IMG/VR virus record: IMGVR_UViG_3300044638_006750
Location: 1 to 64,000 of that record
Strand: one strand, 5' to 3'
DNA: 64,000 nt
A program made the translations under genes and the position numbers. A model generated the notes under the pieces. The model did not search any database and was not told the origin of the DNA. It saw only the letters and a list, made by a program, of their open reading frames with translations. Each line of letters begins with the position of its first letter. The stretch's first letter is position 1. This document shows, in pieces, positions 49,624 through 60,259 of the stretch.

Positions 49624-51828
49624 ATGAGCAAAAGAATACCAAAAAATAGTTCAATTCCTGACGCCACACCAGAAAAGTCAGAAGCATACGTCACATGGGG
49701 TGATGACCTTAGTAGTAAGCAGGATGCTCTCAATAAATCGTCAGAATCTTTAGACGAATATACAGGCATACAAAAAGCCGAAGGTTCTAGGCGTTACCGT
49801 TTAGACTATTCTAATCTTGATACAAATACAGGTGGTAGACCGGGATTAACCCGTGCTGATTACTACTATTTTAGGCCAGATGAAGAAGTTCCTTCTCAGG
49901 TCAAGAACGTTATTAAAAAAGCAGAAGATATTTATCAAAGAGTCGGATTAGTTAAAAACGTTATCGATTTGATGGCAGACTTTGCCGTTCAAGGAATAAG
50001 ACCTGTTCATAAGAATAAAAGAATCGAAAGATTTTATAGACAATGGTTTAAAAAAGTTGGAGCTAAAGAACGTAGCGAGAGATTTTTAAATAACTTATAC
50101 AAAACAGGTAATTTAGTTATTAATAGACAAACCGCTAAATTAAGCGTTAAAGTTGCAGATCATCTATATAAAGCTGTTTCCAGTCCAGACTTAATCGTTC
50201 AAGATGTAGATCAATTAAAAATAGAAAAACGAGAGATTCCTTGGAAATATACTTTTATAGATCCTTTTTATGTAGATGTATCCGGAGGAGCATTAGCTTC
50301 TTTCGTATCTAATAAAACCTATCAATTAAGTCTACCAGCCGCACTGAGAAAATTAATAAATAGTCCCAAAAATGATGCCGAAAAAAAGATTGTCGAATCA
50401 TTACCTCCTCAGATAATAGAAGCAGCAAAAAATAAAAAACCCTATTTATTAGATTCTGATAAGACAGTAGTATATCACTATAAAAAAGACGATTGGCAAG
50501 CATGGGCCTATCCCATGATTTATGCGATTATGGATGATATTATTGTTATAGAAAAACTAAAGCTAGCAGATATGGCGGCTCTTGATGGCGCTATATCAAA
50601 TATTAGAATTTTTAAGCTAGGTAATCTAGAACATAAAATTGCTCCAACAAAAGCTGCTACTGCCAAGCTAGCTCAAATTTTAGGCAATAACGTTGGTGGA
50701 GGCACCATGGATTTAGTTTGGGGTCCAGACATCGAACTAATCGAATCTAAAACCACAGTACATCAATTCCTTGGAGAAGGCAAATATGTTCCGCATTTGA
50801 ATTCTGTATATGCTGGACTAGGTATTCCTCCAACTCTAACTGGTACATTCGGAGCAGCTGGAACGACGAATAATTTCATTAGTTTAAAGACTCTAACACA
50901 AAGACTACAGTATGGTAGAGATGTCATTATAGATTTTTGGGAAAAAGAAATGGCATTGGTACAGAAAGCTATGGGATTCAGATACTCAGCTAAGATTGAA
51001 TTTGATAGAATGGATTTAAGTAATGAAGATAGCGAGAAAGCTTTACTAATTCAATTAGCAGATAGAAATCTGATTTCTGATGAAATGTTACAGAATAGAT
51101 TTGGTTTCGATCCAGATATGGAAAAGACTAGACTAAATAGAGAATCTAGAGATAGGAATAGTGAACGTATGGTAAGAAAATCTGGTCCGTGGCACGATCC
51201 ACAAATAGAAAATGCTCTGAAGAAAATAGCATTACAAGGTGGTACTGTTACTCCTAGTCAGGTGGGTCTAGACCTAGACAAAAAGAAGAGCGGAGAAAAA
51301 ACGGCACTAGAAATGAAAACAGCGTCGTTGCCGAATGCTAACCCAACGCAGTTGGCAAAAGATTCGCCAGAATCTTTGCCAGGAGTACCGGGTCAAGGTC
51401 GCCCCAAGAACTCAAAAGATTCTTCGCCACGAAAAACGAAAGTGTTTAAACCACAAACTGGCGCCACGCTAATGGTATGGGCGAATGAAGCACAAGAAAA
51501 AATTAGTGATATTATTAATCCTATATTATTAGAGTTTTACAAAAAGAAAAATCTACGATCATTATCTAGTGAAGAGTCAAAAGAATTAGAAGAGGTCAAG
51601 GCCAAAGTATTGTTCTCAACAGCACCATTTTCACAATTAGACCAAGCTAATATCATGAAAGCATTTGGTATTATTAATGAAGAACAGCAAAAAATTATAT
51701 TTCTGGGGTATAATAATTGGCTCAAAGACCTTTCTGCACAACTTAACAAAACTTTAACAGTAGAAGAACAGAAACAGGCCAAAGCTTCATTCTACTCATA
51801 TTTGTATACAGAGAATAATGGAGAATAA
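49624..51828 (+). CDS. Portal protein
   Basis: Follows terL; size; LVKNVIDLMADF; low-complexity tail containing GRP. Confidence 0.75.
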   Translation: MSKRIPKNSSIPDATPEKSEAYVTWGDDLSSKQDALNKSSESLDEYTGIQKAEGSRRYRLDYSNLDTNTGGRPGLTRADYYYFRPDEEVPSQVKNVIKKAEDIYQRVGLVKNVIDLMADFAVQGIRPVHKNKRIERFYRQWFKKVGAKERSERFLNNLYKTGNLVINRQTAKLSVKVADHLYKAVSSPDLIVQDVDQLKIEKREIPWKYTFIDPFYVDVSGGALASFVSNKTYQLSLPAALRKLINSPKNDAEKKIVESLPPQIIEAAKNKKPYLLDSDKTVVYHYKKDDWQAWAYPMIYAIMDDIIVIEKLKLADMAALDGAISNIRIFKLGNLEHKIAPTKAATAKLAQILGNNVGGGTMDLVWGPDIELIESKTTVHQFLGEGKYVPHLNSVYAGLGIPPTLTGTFGAAGTTNNFISLKTLTQRLQYGRDVIIDFWEKEMALVQKAMGFRYSAKIEFDRMDLSNEDSEKALLIQLADRNLISDEMLQNRFGFDPDMEKTRLNRESRDRNSERMVRKSGPWHDPQIENALKKIALQGGTVTPSQVGLDLDKKKSGEKTALEMKTASLPNANPTQLAKDSPESLPGVPGQGRPKNSKDSSPRKTKVFKPQTGATLMVWANEAQEKISDIINPILLEFYKKKNLRSLSSEESKELEEVKAKVLFSTAPFSQLDQANIMKAFGIINEEQQKIIFLGYNNWLKDLSAQLNKTLTVEEQKQAKASFYSYLYTENNGE

Positions 51829-53329
51829 TTTTATGAAAATATTTGAACAAGAAAAACTAGACGGATTGGAAGAAAAAATTAAAGCCTCGGCCTCGATCAT
51901 TTATGCTTCTTATGCCGAGCCATGCTCATCCTCCAGTAAAACAAAACATATTAAAAGTTTAGCTTCTGTTAATGATTTAGATCTTTACTATGTTCAATCT
52001 ATTCTTGTTACTTCAAACTGGAATAAAAATGACGATATTTTTGACAAAGCAGAAGTATGGGAAGCCAAAAACACTCCAGAAGATAAGCCGACCAACTTAG
52101 AACACAATGAGAATGATATAGTTGGCCACATAACATCTAATTGGCCAGTAACTATGGATGGTCTTTTAATAGATGAATCCACACCAGTAGAAAATCTTCC
52201 CGATACCTATCACATACTCACAGGATCGGTTATTTATACTGGTTATACAACACCAGATCTAAAAGAGAGATCTGCAAAATTAATAGCCGAAATAGAAAAC
52301 GGCAATAAATATGTTAGTATGGAATGCTTTTTTAAGGGGTTTGATTATGGTCTCTTAAATAAGAGTACTGGAGAATATAAAGTTCTTAGTCGCAATGAAG
52401 CTACTGCATATTTAACAAAATACCTTAGAGCATATGGTGGTATGGGCGAACATGACAACTATAAAATAGGTCGTGTTTTAAGAAATATCACCTTTTCGGG
52501 CAAAGGGTTTGTTGACAAACCAGCAAATCCAGATAGTATAATTTTTACTAAAGATAACTTATTGAATAAAAATGATAATATCATTTTGGAAAAAAATGAC
52601 AATTTTGAATTATCAGGTGTATCTAAACAACAGTCCAACCTTAATCAAGTGGAGAATAGTACAATGAAAGAAGAAACATCAGTTGCAGAAGTTGTACCAG
52701 CAACAGAAACCCCAACCGCTCCCGTAGAAGAAGTAACTGTAACTGAAGTAGCTTCTGTATCCACGGAAGAGGTCAACGATTCCATCAAGGCCAAAGAAGA
52801 AGAAATTCAAAGTTTAACACAAACTATCTCTGAGCTTAATGATGCAATTGCTAAGACAAAACATGACATGTCTAAGAAAGACGAAGAAATGAAGAAGATG
52901 AAGGCTGAACTTGATACTGCTCTCGAAGCAGTTGCAGCTTATAAGAAAGCTGAAGAAGAAGCCATGAAGAAAGAAAAGAAAATGAAGAGAGTCGCTCAGC
53001 TTACCGAAAAGGGAGTAGAGAGCGAACTAGCTTTATCCACAGTAGAGAAATTCGAAGCTGTAGATGATGAAGCTTTTGAAGCAATCGTAGCTTTAGCTGG
53101 TAAAATGCCTCCTTGGCTTAAAGATAAGACCAAAGAGGAAGATGATACTGAAGAAAAAGCTAAGAAAAAGGCTTCAGAAACAACAGTTGATCCTGCTGTT
53201 CTAGAGACTGCTGAAGTTGAAGCAAATGTTAATCTATCAGTTGGAGAAGCTGAAGTTGAGAATGCTGTTTCGTCTACACGTGCAGCTCTAGTAGATTTTG
53301 TTAATAGCAGATTAGGCACATCCAAATAA
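51818..53329 (+). CDS. Prohead protease-scaffold fusion
   Basis: NKNDDIF, PTNLEH, VSMEC and G.V.KPAN protease-like motifs; acidic coiled-coil C-terminal half. Confidence 0.75.
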   Translation: MENNFMKIFEQEKLDGLEEKIKASASIIYASYAEPCSSSSKTKHIKSLASVNDLDLYYVQSILVTSNWNKNDDIFDKAEVWEAKNTPEDKPTNLEHNENDIVGHITSNWPVTMDGLLIDESTPVENLPDTYHILTGSVIYTGYTTPDLKERSAKLIAEIENGNKYVSMECFFKGFDYGLLNKSTGEYKVLSRNEATAYLTKYLRAYGGMGEHDNYKIGRVLRNITFSGKGFVDKPANPDSIIFTKDNLLNKNDNIILEKNDNFELSGVSKQQSNLNQVENSTMKEETSVAEVVPATETPTAPVEEVTVTEVASVSTEEVNDSIKAKEEEIQSLTQTISELNDAIAKTKHDMSKKDEEMKKMKAELDTALEAVAAYKKAEEEAMKKEKKMKRVAQLTEKGVESELALSTVEKFEAVDDEAFEAIVALAGKMPPWLKDKTKEEDDTEEKAKKKASETTVDPAVLETAEVEANVNLSVGEAEVENAVSSTRAALVDFVNSRLGTSK

Positions 53330-53351
53330 CCCTTTAATCGGAGATTCAAAA

Positions 53352-53807
53352 ATGGCTCTAAAACCAGATCGTATCGAACTTCTATCAGATGTTTCATTTT
53401 TCATGAATTCCACTGCTACTCGTGGTGGTGTTGCTAGTGTGGTTGTTTCCAGTAGTGGTGTTGGCGTCTCCATGGATGATGCTAATGCTGTTGTAGCTTA
53501 TGCTGCCAATGCTTCTGGAGCTAAACCAGTTGGTATTCTACTCAATGACGTTGTTGATCTTGATCTAACAAGACAACACATCAATTGGCACAAAGACGAA
53601 GTACAAGTTGGAGGTAAGGTTACACTATTGCGTCAAGGTCAAGTAACTACTAATCTTGTTGGTGGTACTCCATCAGCCGGTGCCGATGCTTATGTTGCCA
53701 ACAGTGGCTATATCAGCACAACACAGGCTACAGGTGCCGTCAAGATTGGTCAGTTCTTAAGTGCAGTAGATTCCAACGGTTACGCTAAAGTTTCAGTAAA
53801 TCTATAA
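53352..53807 (+). CDS. Capsid decoration/cement protein
   Basis: Small beta-rich protein between scaffold and capsid genes. Confidence 0.6.
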   Translation: MALKPDRIELLSDVSFFMNSTATRGGVASVVVSSSGVGVSMDDANAVVAYAANASGAKPVGILLNDVVDLDLTRQHINWHKDEVQVGGKVTLLRQGQVTTNLVGGTPSAGADAYVANSGYISTTQATGAVKIGQFLSAVDSNGYAKVSVNL

Positions 53808-53837
53808 TTCATTTTCATCACAAAGGGAGATTATACA

Positions 53838-54863
53838 ATGGCAGGCAACAACAAAACTTTTCAACCCAACTCGGAACTAACTGATCTTTTAGTTCGTTCC
53901 GGCTCGATGAATAGAGAAACATCTTTGGCAGCAACTCACGAGTTTGCTAAGGCTCTCGAACTACCTCTAAGACAAGCCCTTTTAAGTGGCAATATCCTAG
54001 ACGGTATTTTCGAGCCAATCAGACTTGCTCAAAGTGCTACTCCAGAGTTTCCACTTGACTTTCTTGCTCCTGGCACAGAGAAGGACTTTGTGGCTTACAC
54101 AATTCCTAATCATGGCTATATTCCAGAACGTCATGTCGAAGGTGATTACGTCATGGTACCAACCTACGACATTGGCGCTAGTATCGACTGGCTACTAAAG
54201 TATGCTCGTGATGCTCGCTGGGACGTAGTTGGTCGTGCTATGGAAGTTCTAGAAGGTCAATTTGTCAAGAAGATGAACGATGACGGCTGGCACACCATCC
54301 TTGCTGCTGGTGTTGACCGCAACATCGTTGTTTATGACAGTGACGCTTCTGCTGGTCAGTTTACTAAGAGATTAGTAAGCTTGATGAAGACAGTTATGCG
54401 TAGAAATGGTGGCGGTAACTCTGCTAGCAATAACAGAGGTATTCTCACCGATCTATATGTCTCTCCAGAAAGTATGGAAGACATCCGTAATTGGGGCTTG
54501 GATCTCGTTGACGATATTACTCGTCGTGAGATTTATACAGCTGCTGACGGTGCTGTTAACAGAATCTTTGGCGTGAACCTCCATGATCTAGATGAACTCG
54601 GCGTTGGCCAAGAGTATCAGCTATTCTATAGCAACACTCTCAATGGTACTCTACCAGATAATGGTGCAGCTGATGACAAGGTAGAAATTGTTGTCGGTCT
54701 CGACTTACGCAAGAGCGATTCCTTTATCATGCCAGTTCGTGAAGAAGTTCAAATCTTCGAAGACGAAACATTACATCGTCAGAAGAGAGCTGGTTTCTAT
54801 GGCTGGGCCGAACAGGGTTTTGCTGTTCTAGACAATCGTAGAGTTCTAGTTGGCGCTCTCTAA
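53838..54863 (+). CDS. Major capsid protein
   Basis: 341 aa; strong RBS; position; followed by a terminator; C-terminal GFYGWAEQGFAVLD. Confidence 0.82.
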   Translation: MAGNNKTFQPNSELTDLLVRSGSMNRETSLAATHEFAKALELPLRQALLSGNILDGIFEPIRLAQSATPEFPLDFLAPGTEKDFVAYTIPNHGYIPERHVEGDYVMVPTYDIGASIDWLLKYARDARWDVVGRAMEVLEGQFVKKMNDDGWHTILAAGVDRNIVVYDSDASAGQFTKRLVSLMKTVMRRNGGGNSASNNRGILTDLYVSPESMEDIRNWGLDLVDDITRREIYTAADGAVNRIFGVNLHDLDELGVGQEYQLFYSNTLNGTLPDNGAADDKVEIVVGLDLRKSDSFIMPVREEVQIFEDETLHRQKRAGFYGWAEQGFAVLDNRRVLVGAL

Positions 54864-54894
54864 TAGTGTCAATTATGACTAGATCATAAGAAGT

Positions 54895-54928
54895 AAGGGC
54901 TGGCGTCAAACCCAGCCCTTCTTTTTTA
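54895..54928 (+). terminator. Rho-independent terminator
   Basis: AAGGGCTGG-N8-CCAGCCCTT then CTTTTTT. Confidence 0.85.
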
Positions 54929-54997
54929 TACATAGGTATGGTGTATAGTCTTTCAATGGACTATTATTTATCTAGATAAACTCAAAAGGATCCTATT

Positions 54998-55516
54998 ATG
55001 GCTTGGCAAGATACTATTACATCTATTGTAAGAGTTATGATAAATGATCTGGATTCGACCAGCTATAAATATTCTGATGAAAGAATACAACACGTAGCCG
55101 CTACTGCTGCTACATATGTTCAGTTTGATGTTGTTTTAGATCATTCCTATGAGGTTGATGTGGTGAATGATATTATAAGTCCTGACCCCACCATAGATAA
55201 TGATAGTATTTTTATTAGTCTATTAGCTCTTAAAACTGCATGTATTATAGACCAGAGTAATTTTAGAACCAAAGCAGCCATGGAAGGAATTAGGGCTAGT
55301 TTGGGTCCAGCACAATTAGCTGTTGCTAATAGTTTATCAGGATGGAAAGAAATATTGGAGCATGGACCATGTAAACTATATCAAGAATTTACAGAGCATT
55401 GGGACGTATCTAATGCCAGTGCCGTTAGGGCTATTCTTAGTCCGTTTGTTGGTAATAAATTTGATCCTTTTATGTTACCCTATAATGAAGATAGAAGTAG
55501 AGACCTATACTCTTAA
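54998..55516 (+). CDS. Head-tail adaptor-like protein
   Basis: VRVMIND...YSDERI pattern; position after the capsid gene. Confidence 0.6.
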   Translation: MAWQDTITSIVRVMINDLDSTSYKYSDERIQHVAATAATYVQFDVVLDHSYEVDVVNDIISPDPTIDNDSIFISLLALKTACIIDQSNFRTKAAMEGIRASLGPAQLAVANSLSGWKEILEHGPCKLYQEFTEHWDVSNASAVRAILSPFVGNKFDPFMLPYNEDRSRDLYS

Positions 55517-55524
55517 GGATATTT

Positions 55525-56910
55525 ATGGCAGCAGTATTATATAATTTTCCTATAGAAAATGGATCGGCTTTAGAAATTACTTTCAGATATGTGGACGTAT
55601 CTCTAAATCCTATTAACATATCTAACTATGCTGTTTATCTTCGTATGAGGACAAATGATGGTCAGATTATATCTTTTAGTAATTGTGAGCGAAGTCCTAA
55701 CTATAGTTTAACTACGCACAATGGCTATGCCTTACTAAAGATACCAGCTAAGACGACTCAGAATTATAACTTTCTCAATGCTGTTTACGACTTAGAACTA
55801 CAACATCCTAATGAACAATATCCGGGTAGCGGATATACTCTAGAAAGAATAGCATATGGAACTATTGATATTATACAAAAAAGCGTCCCGGTAAATGTTC
55901 CTCTAGATTTGTGTAAAATCCAATATCCCGATAATCAGTGCGAAGATTTGTGTTGTGATACGAGAATACTTGATCCTTTCGACTATTCATATACAGGTAA
56001 TAGAATAAATATATTAGATAATAGTTCAGGTATTAGTACTATTAATGTTTACGATTCTGGTACAATAGAAAATATAGAAGTAGCACTCAATAACCTGAAT
56101 CACTCTGCGCCACAAGATCTGAGAATATTCTTGCAACCACCCAGTGGAGACAAAATATTACTTGCTGGTCACAATAAAATACTAAATAATAGACCAGATT
56201 TTAATTTTACATTCTCAAACAAAGCCACGCAAGACACATACCTGTATAATGTTAGTAATTTTGGTTATACAAATATTATGGATAAAACAGATATTATTAA
56301 GCTTAACAATGAAACCCTATTGTCTTCTTTAAATCATTTAATAGGAACTATTCCAGTTGGTAATTGGTCTCTGATTATTTTTGATGACGATGTACCAGTT
56401 AGTGGATATCTAGAATCTTGGAATTTGATCCTGACCATGCAAGACGTGGCTCCTACGCCCACTCCCACTAATACTCCTACTTTAACTCCTACAAGAACAA
56501 ATACCCCCACTCCAACAAATACTCCAACTCCTAGCGTTACATCGTCTAATACTCCCACTCCTACAGTAACACAAACACCGACCGTAACTCCGTCTGTATC
56601 CGCTCCTATGAGTTGTGGTACTCAAGCATTTAGCGGAGGATTTGGAACCACAGTAAATAATTATATTATGCCGTCTAATGAGGGAGAGGTAGAGTTTTTC
56701 TATGATGCATATACCATTCCTGATTCTTTCAGTGTTCAGATAGAAGGTGGAGGACAAACATTCGTCAATACCGGTCCGGTCTCTGGTTCTGGTTCCATAA
56801 CTTTCTGCAAACCATCTGGGGTTACTCAAATATCAGTAACCGTTGTTGGTTCAGATCAAAATACTGGATGGACCTATACATTAGGGTGTCCAGATAATCC
56901 GTGTACTTAA
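55525..56910 (+). CDS. Putative virion protein with a proprotein-convertase P-like domain and a Pro/Thr linker
   Basis: LNH...DLRIFLQPPSG...GNWSLIIFD...G.LESWNL; (PT)n repeat at about 56450-56600. Confidence 0.7.
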   Translation: MAAVLYNFPIENGSALEITFRYVDVSLNPINISNYAVYLRMRTNDGQIISFSNCERSPNYSLTTHNGYALLKIPAKTTQNYNFLNAVYDLELQHPNEQYPGSGYTLERIAYGTIDIIQKSVPVNVPLDLCKIQYPDNQCEDLCCDTRILDPFDYSYTGNRINILDNSSGISTINVYDSGTIENIEVALNNLNHSAPQDLRIFLQPPSGDKILLAGHNKILNNRPDFNFTFSNKATQDTYLYNVSNFGYTNIMDKTDIIKLNNETLLSSLNHLIGTIPVGNWSLIIFDDDVPVSGYLESWNLILTMQDVAPTPTPTNTPTLTPTRTNTPTPTNTPTPSVTSSNTPTPTVTQTPTVTPSVSAPMSCGTQAFSGGFGTTVNNYIMPSNEGEVEFFYDAYTIPDSFSVQIEGGGQTFVNTGPVSGSGSITFCKPSGVTQISVTVVGSDQNTGWTYTLGCPDNPCT

Positions 56911-57115
56911 ATGACAAAAATAAATAATATTAATTTTCACACCAGATCATTATCTATAGAATTAGGATTCTATAATAGACTACAAAATGTAGATACTATA
57001 TCTAATACGGTAACAATCGTATCCGATAAAAATATAGAAACACTACCCATATCCAAAGTCGAGAGCGTTACCTTCATACCAGAAAAACAAATAGTTCAAA
57101 CAGTCAGATAGTACC

Positions 57116-58030
57116 ATGACCGCAGTACTAATTTATGTTTTTTACACAGACATATGGGACGAGTTATACACGCTACTGCTACCACTAAAAGACAATATAG
57201 CTATAGATATTGCTTTATGTCAGGATAATGATAATAGTAAAATTTTACAAGATTTACAGTCTTTTAACCTTATTCAGATTAGATATGTTGAGAATAAAGG
57301 TGCTGACATAGGTCCATTTTTATTACAGATACAAGATTTAGATTCTGACAAATATCCATATTTTATTAAGTTGCATAGTAAAAAATCTAAAATTAAAAAT
57401 TTTGAATGGAGATATGTATTGTTTAATACCCTTATAGGGTCAAAGGATATTTTTCAAAAAAATATTGACTTACTATCTAGCAATCCAATGGTTGGAGCTA
57501 TAACCGATCCCACTATGATTATGACTAGATTAGCAAATAATAAAAACCATATAAAAATATTATGTCATACATTAAACATTAAAACTACAGATAACAGATT
57601 CATGGCTGGTAGTATGTTTGCAAGTAGGACTAAGATTTTTCAAAAGTATTTTACCAAATCATTCATAGACCATGTGTATCCTTTACTAGAAACTGGTAAA
57701 GTCTGCGATATTCAGAAGGGGACATTTTGTCATGCTATGGAGCGTATTTTCGGCAAGATTATACATAATGAAAAATTAGTAATAAGTTATCATAGAGAAG
57801 ACCCTTTGCTGACTATTTATAATGTTGAACACAAAAAGAAATTCAGTATATACAAGTGCTATAATAACTACTGCTATACTAGATCTAATAAAAATTTAAT
57901 TTTTGGCTATATATATAGTATCATTAATGACGATTCTGTTGTTCTGAATTGGACCTATCTGAAAGACTATCAGAACTATATTCGAAGATATGATAAACAG
58001 ACTAATGGGCTATTTATCGGTGTATCTTAA
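57116..58030 (+). CDS. Rhamnan synthesis F (RgpF)-like protein
   Basis: ENKGADIGPF, KLHSKKS, FMAGSMF, HAMER. Confidence 0.8.
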   Translation: MTAVLIYVFYTDIWDELYTLLLPLKDNIAIDIALCQDNDNSKILQDLQSFNLIQIRYVENKGADIGPFLLQIQDLDSDKYPYFIKLHSKKSKIKNFEWRYVLFNTLIGSKDIFQKNIDLLSSNPMVGAITDPTMIMTRLANNKNHIKILCHTLNIKTTDNRFMAGSMFASRTKIFQKYFTKSFIDHVYPLLETGKVCDIQKGTFCHAMERIFGKIIHNEKLVISYHREDPLLTIYNVEHKKKFSIYKCYNNYCYTRSNKNLIFGYIYSIINDDSVVLNWTYLKDYQNYIRRYDKQTNGLFIGVS

Positions 58031-58061
58031 CTCATACCATTAATTTTAGTAAAGGAATTTT

Positions 58062-60197
58062 ATGAGTGATATTATTACACCAGAACTCAAATCCATGTTC
58101 AATGGTGCGATAGACAGTATTTTAAAAGAGGGTGCTCTCAGTATACCATGCAAGTTAAAATATGCTGGTACAAGTCAAACCTTATGTCCTAATTGCATAT
58201 ATGATCCCTTATCTAAAAGATCTGCAAATAAATTCAAAACGTCAGGAGGCGTACCTTTTGGAGATGGCCAGATTTGTCCAGTTTGTTCTGGCAGAGGGTT
58301 GTCACAGTCTGATTCTGAAGAAACTGTTCATCTTGGAGTAATTTTTGATAGCAAATATTTCTTAAAATGGGGATCCGATACCATAAGAATACCTGATGGC
58401 GTAATACAAACTATATGCTCGTCTTCTTTTATTGATAAACTAAAAAATGCTTCAGAAATTATTGTGACTGTCAACAATAACCTATACAAATATACCAGAT
58501 TAACAGAACCACAACCGGCTGGTTTTGGAGACACAAATTATATACTCACTTTGTGGCAAAGACAATGAATATTAAGCTAACAATTCTTGAGAGCGACGGA
58601 CAAATAGCTCAGAGCATAGTTTCTGCATTAAAGCCTCAAGTAGAGACGTTAGTTAATAAATCTATTAAGACTTTACAAAATGATATCCAGCAAGATTTTG
58701 AAAGCGCTCTTAAATCTGAGCCAGAGTATGAGTCTCTAAAGTCTGGTCGTCTTAAATATGAATTTGGTCTTCCTCAAGATGTTAATATAGATGAGGTAGT
58801 ATCTATTATGAGTAATAGTATTAAGATACAAGTTACTCCAAGCATGAATCCTACAAGGATCAATATGGGTATTACGATTAGTATATTTGATAAAAGCGGA
58901 GAGCCAGCAATATCGTCAGACAATGCTTTCATGACTGATGAGAAAAGAGGATATTCTCTGCCGTGGCTTGAATGGTTATTGTTCAAAGGAACTAGACCAT
59001 TGGTTAAAAACTTTACAGTTAAAATTGGTCCTAATAAATTTTCCAGAACAGGTATGGCCTTGATGATTGATAGTAATAAAAACTGGAAAGTTCCTAGCGA
59101 GTTTGCCGGTAGTCCATCTAACAACTGGGCCACAAGAGCACTAGATAAAATAGAAGATAAAATCAAAGACAAAATTGGTAAAATTTTAAGAGGATAAAAC
59201 TATGACAACCCCAACACCTACACCAACAGCAGAATGTGGATGCTGTATTAATCAAAATTACACTCATTTTTTCCATATAGATAAATATGCTAAATATACG
59301 ATATTATCACAATTAGAAGACAATTTTAAATCATTTTTAGATACAGCTTTTTTGAATATTGGGGCTTTTACCAATATAGATAGACCAACAGGCACTCTGT
59401 ATGGTGGTAACATGGCCAAACTAAATTCTGTAAGCGATCCTGCTTTACCAAGTGGATCAGCATGGGAAACTTCTAAAAAAGATTGGATATGGGAGGACTG
59501 CTGCACATATTCGGGAGCTACTCCAATAGACATTTCAGGAGTATATGTAAACAACATTTTTTACCCAGAGCCAACAGGAGCATCGCCCTATACTTATAAT
59601 TTGAACTATCCTCTTGGTCGTGTTACTTTTGCTTCTGGAATACCTCTTAACTCTAATGTTGAAATGTCGTATTCGTACAGAAATGTACAAGTATATAAAT
59701 CTAATGAATCAGCATGGTTCAAGGAACTACAGTATGCTTCATATGATCCGACTAAATTCAATAATATTAAGCAAATTACAAGTAATCATAGAGTTCAGAT
59801 GCCATCTATAGTACTAGAATTTTTGCCAGGAATGGATATGAAACCCTATGAAATAGGCTCAACATCCAATATTATATATCAAGATTTAATGCTAAATATT
59901 TTAACAGAAAGCTATTCTGATAGAGCAATAATATTAGATATATTAGTACAACAAAAAGATAGGCCAATATATCTATATGATATTAACAAAGTGGTCAACG
60001 ACGGAGTTTATCCATTAAATTATGATGGGTCTATTAATCCGTCCGGCTTATCATATACTGACTTAGTAGAAAATACAGATTACAAATTAACAATAGTGTA
60101 TATTAAGAAAGCTGACGTTATAGACCTTAACAATTACGGTCAAAACCTATATATTGGCAACCTTAGATATAGGTTAGAAATTTTCCCTTGGTATTAA
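58062..60197 (+). CDS. Neck/tail-completion genes (58062-58568, about 58565-59197, 59202-60197)
   Basis: Position between head genes and tail tube; function by synteny only. Confidence 0.5.
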
Positions 60198-60259
60198 ATT
60201 ATTGGTGTAAGATATACTGACGATACATCTTCCACATTTCTTAACATGGAGACGATACA

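Noticed and set aside
56334-56829. Minus-strand Gly/Val-repeat ORFs
   Set aside because: Antisense of the Pro/Thr linker.
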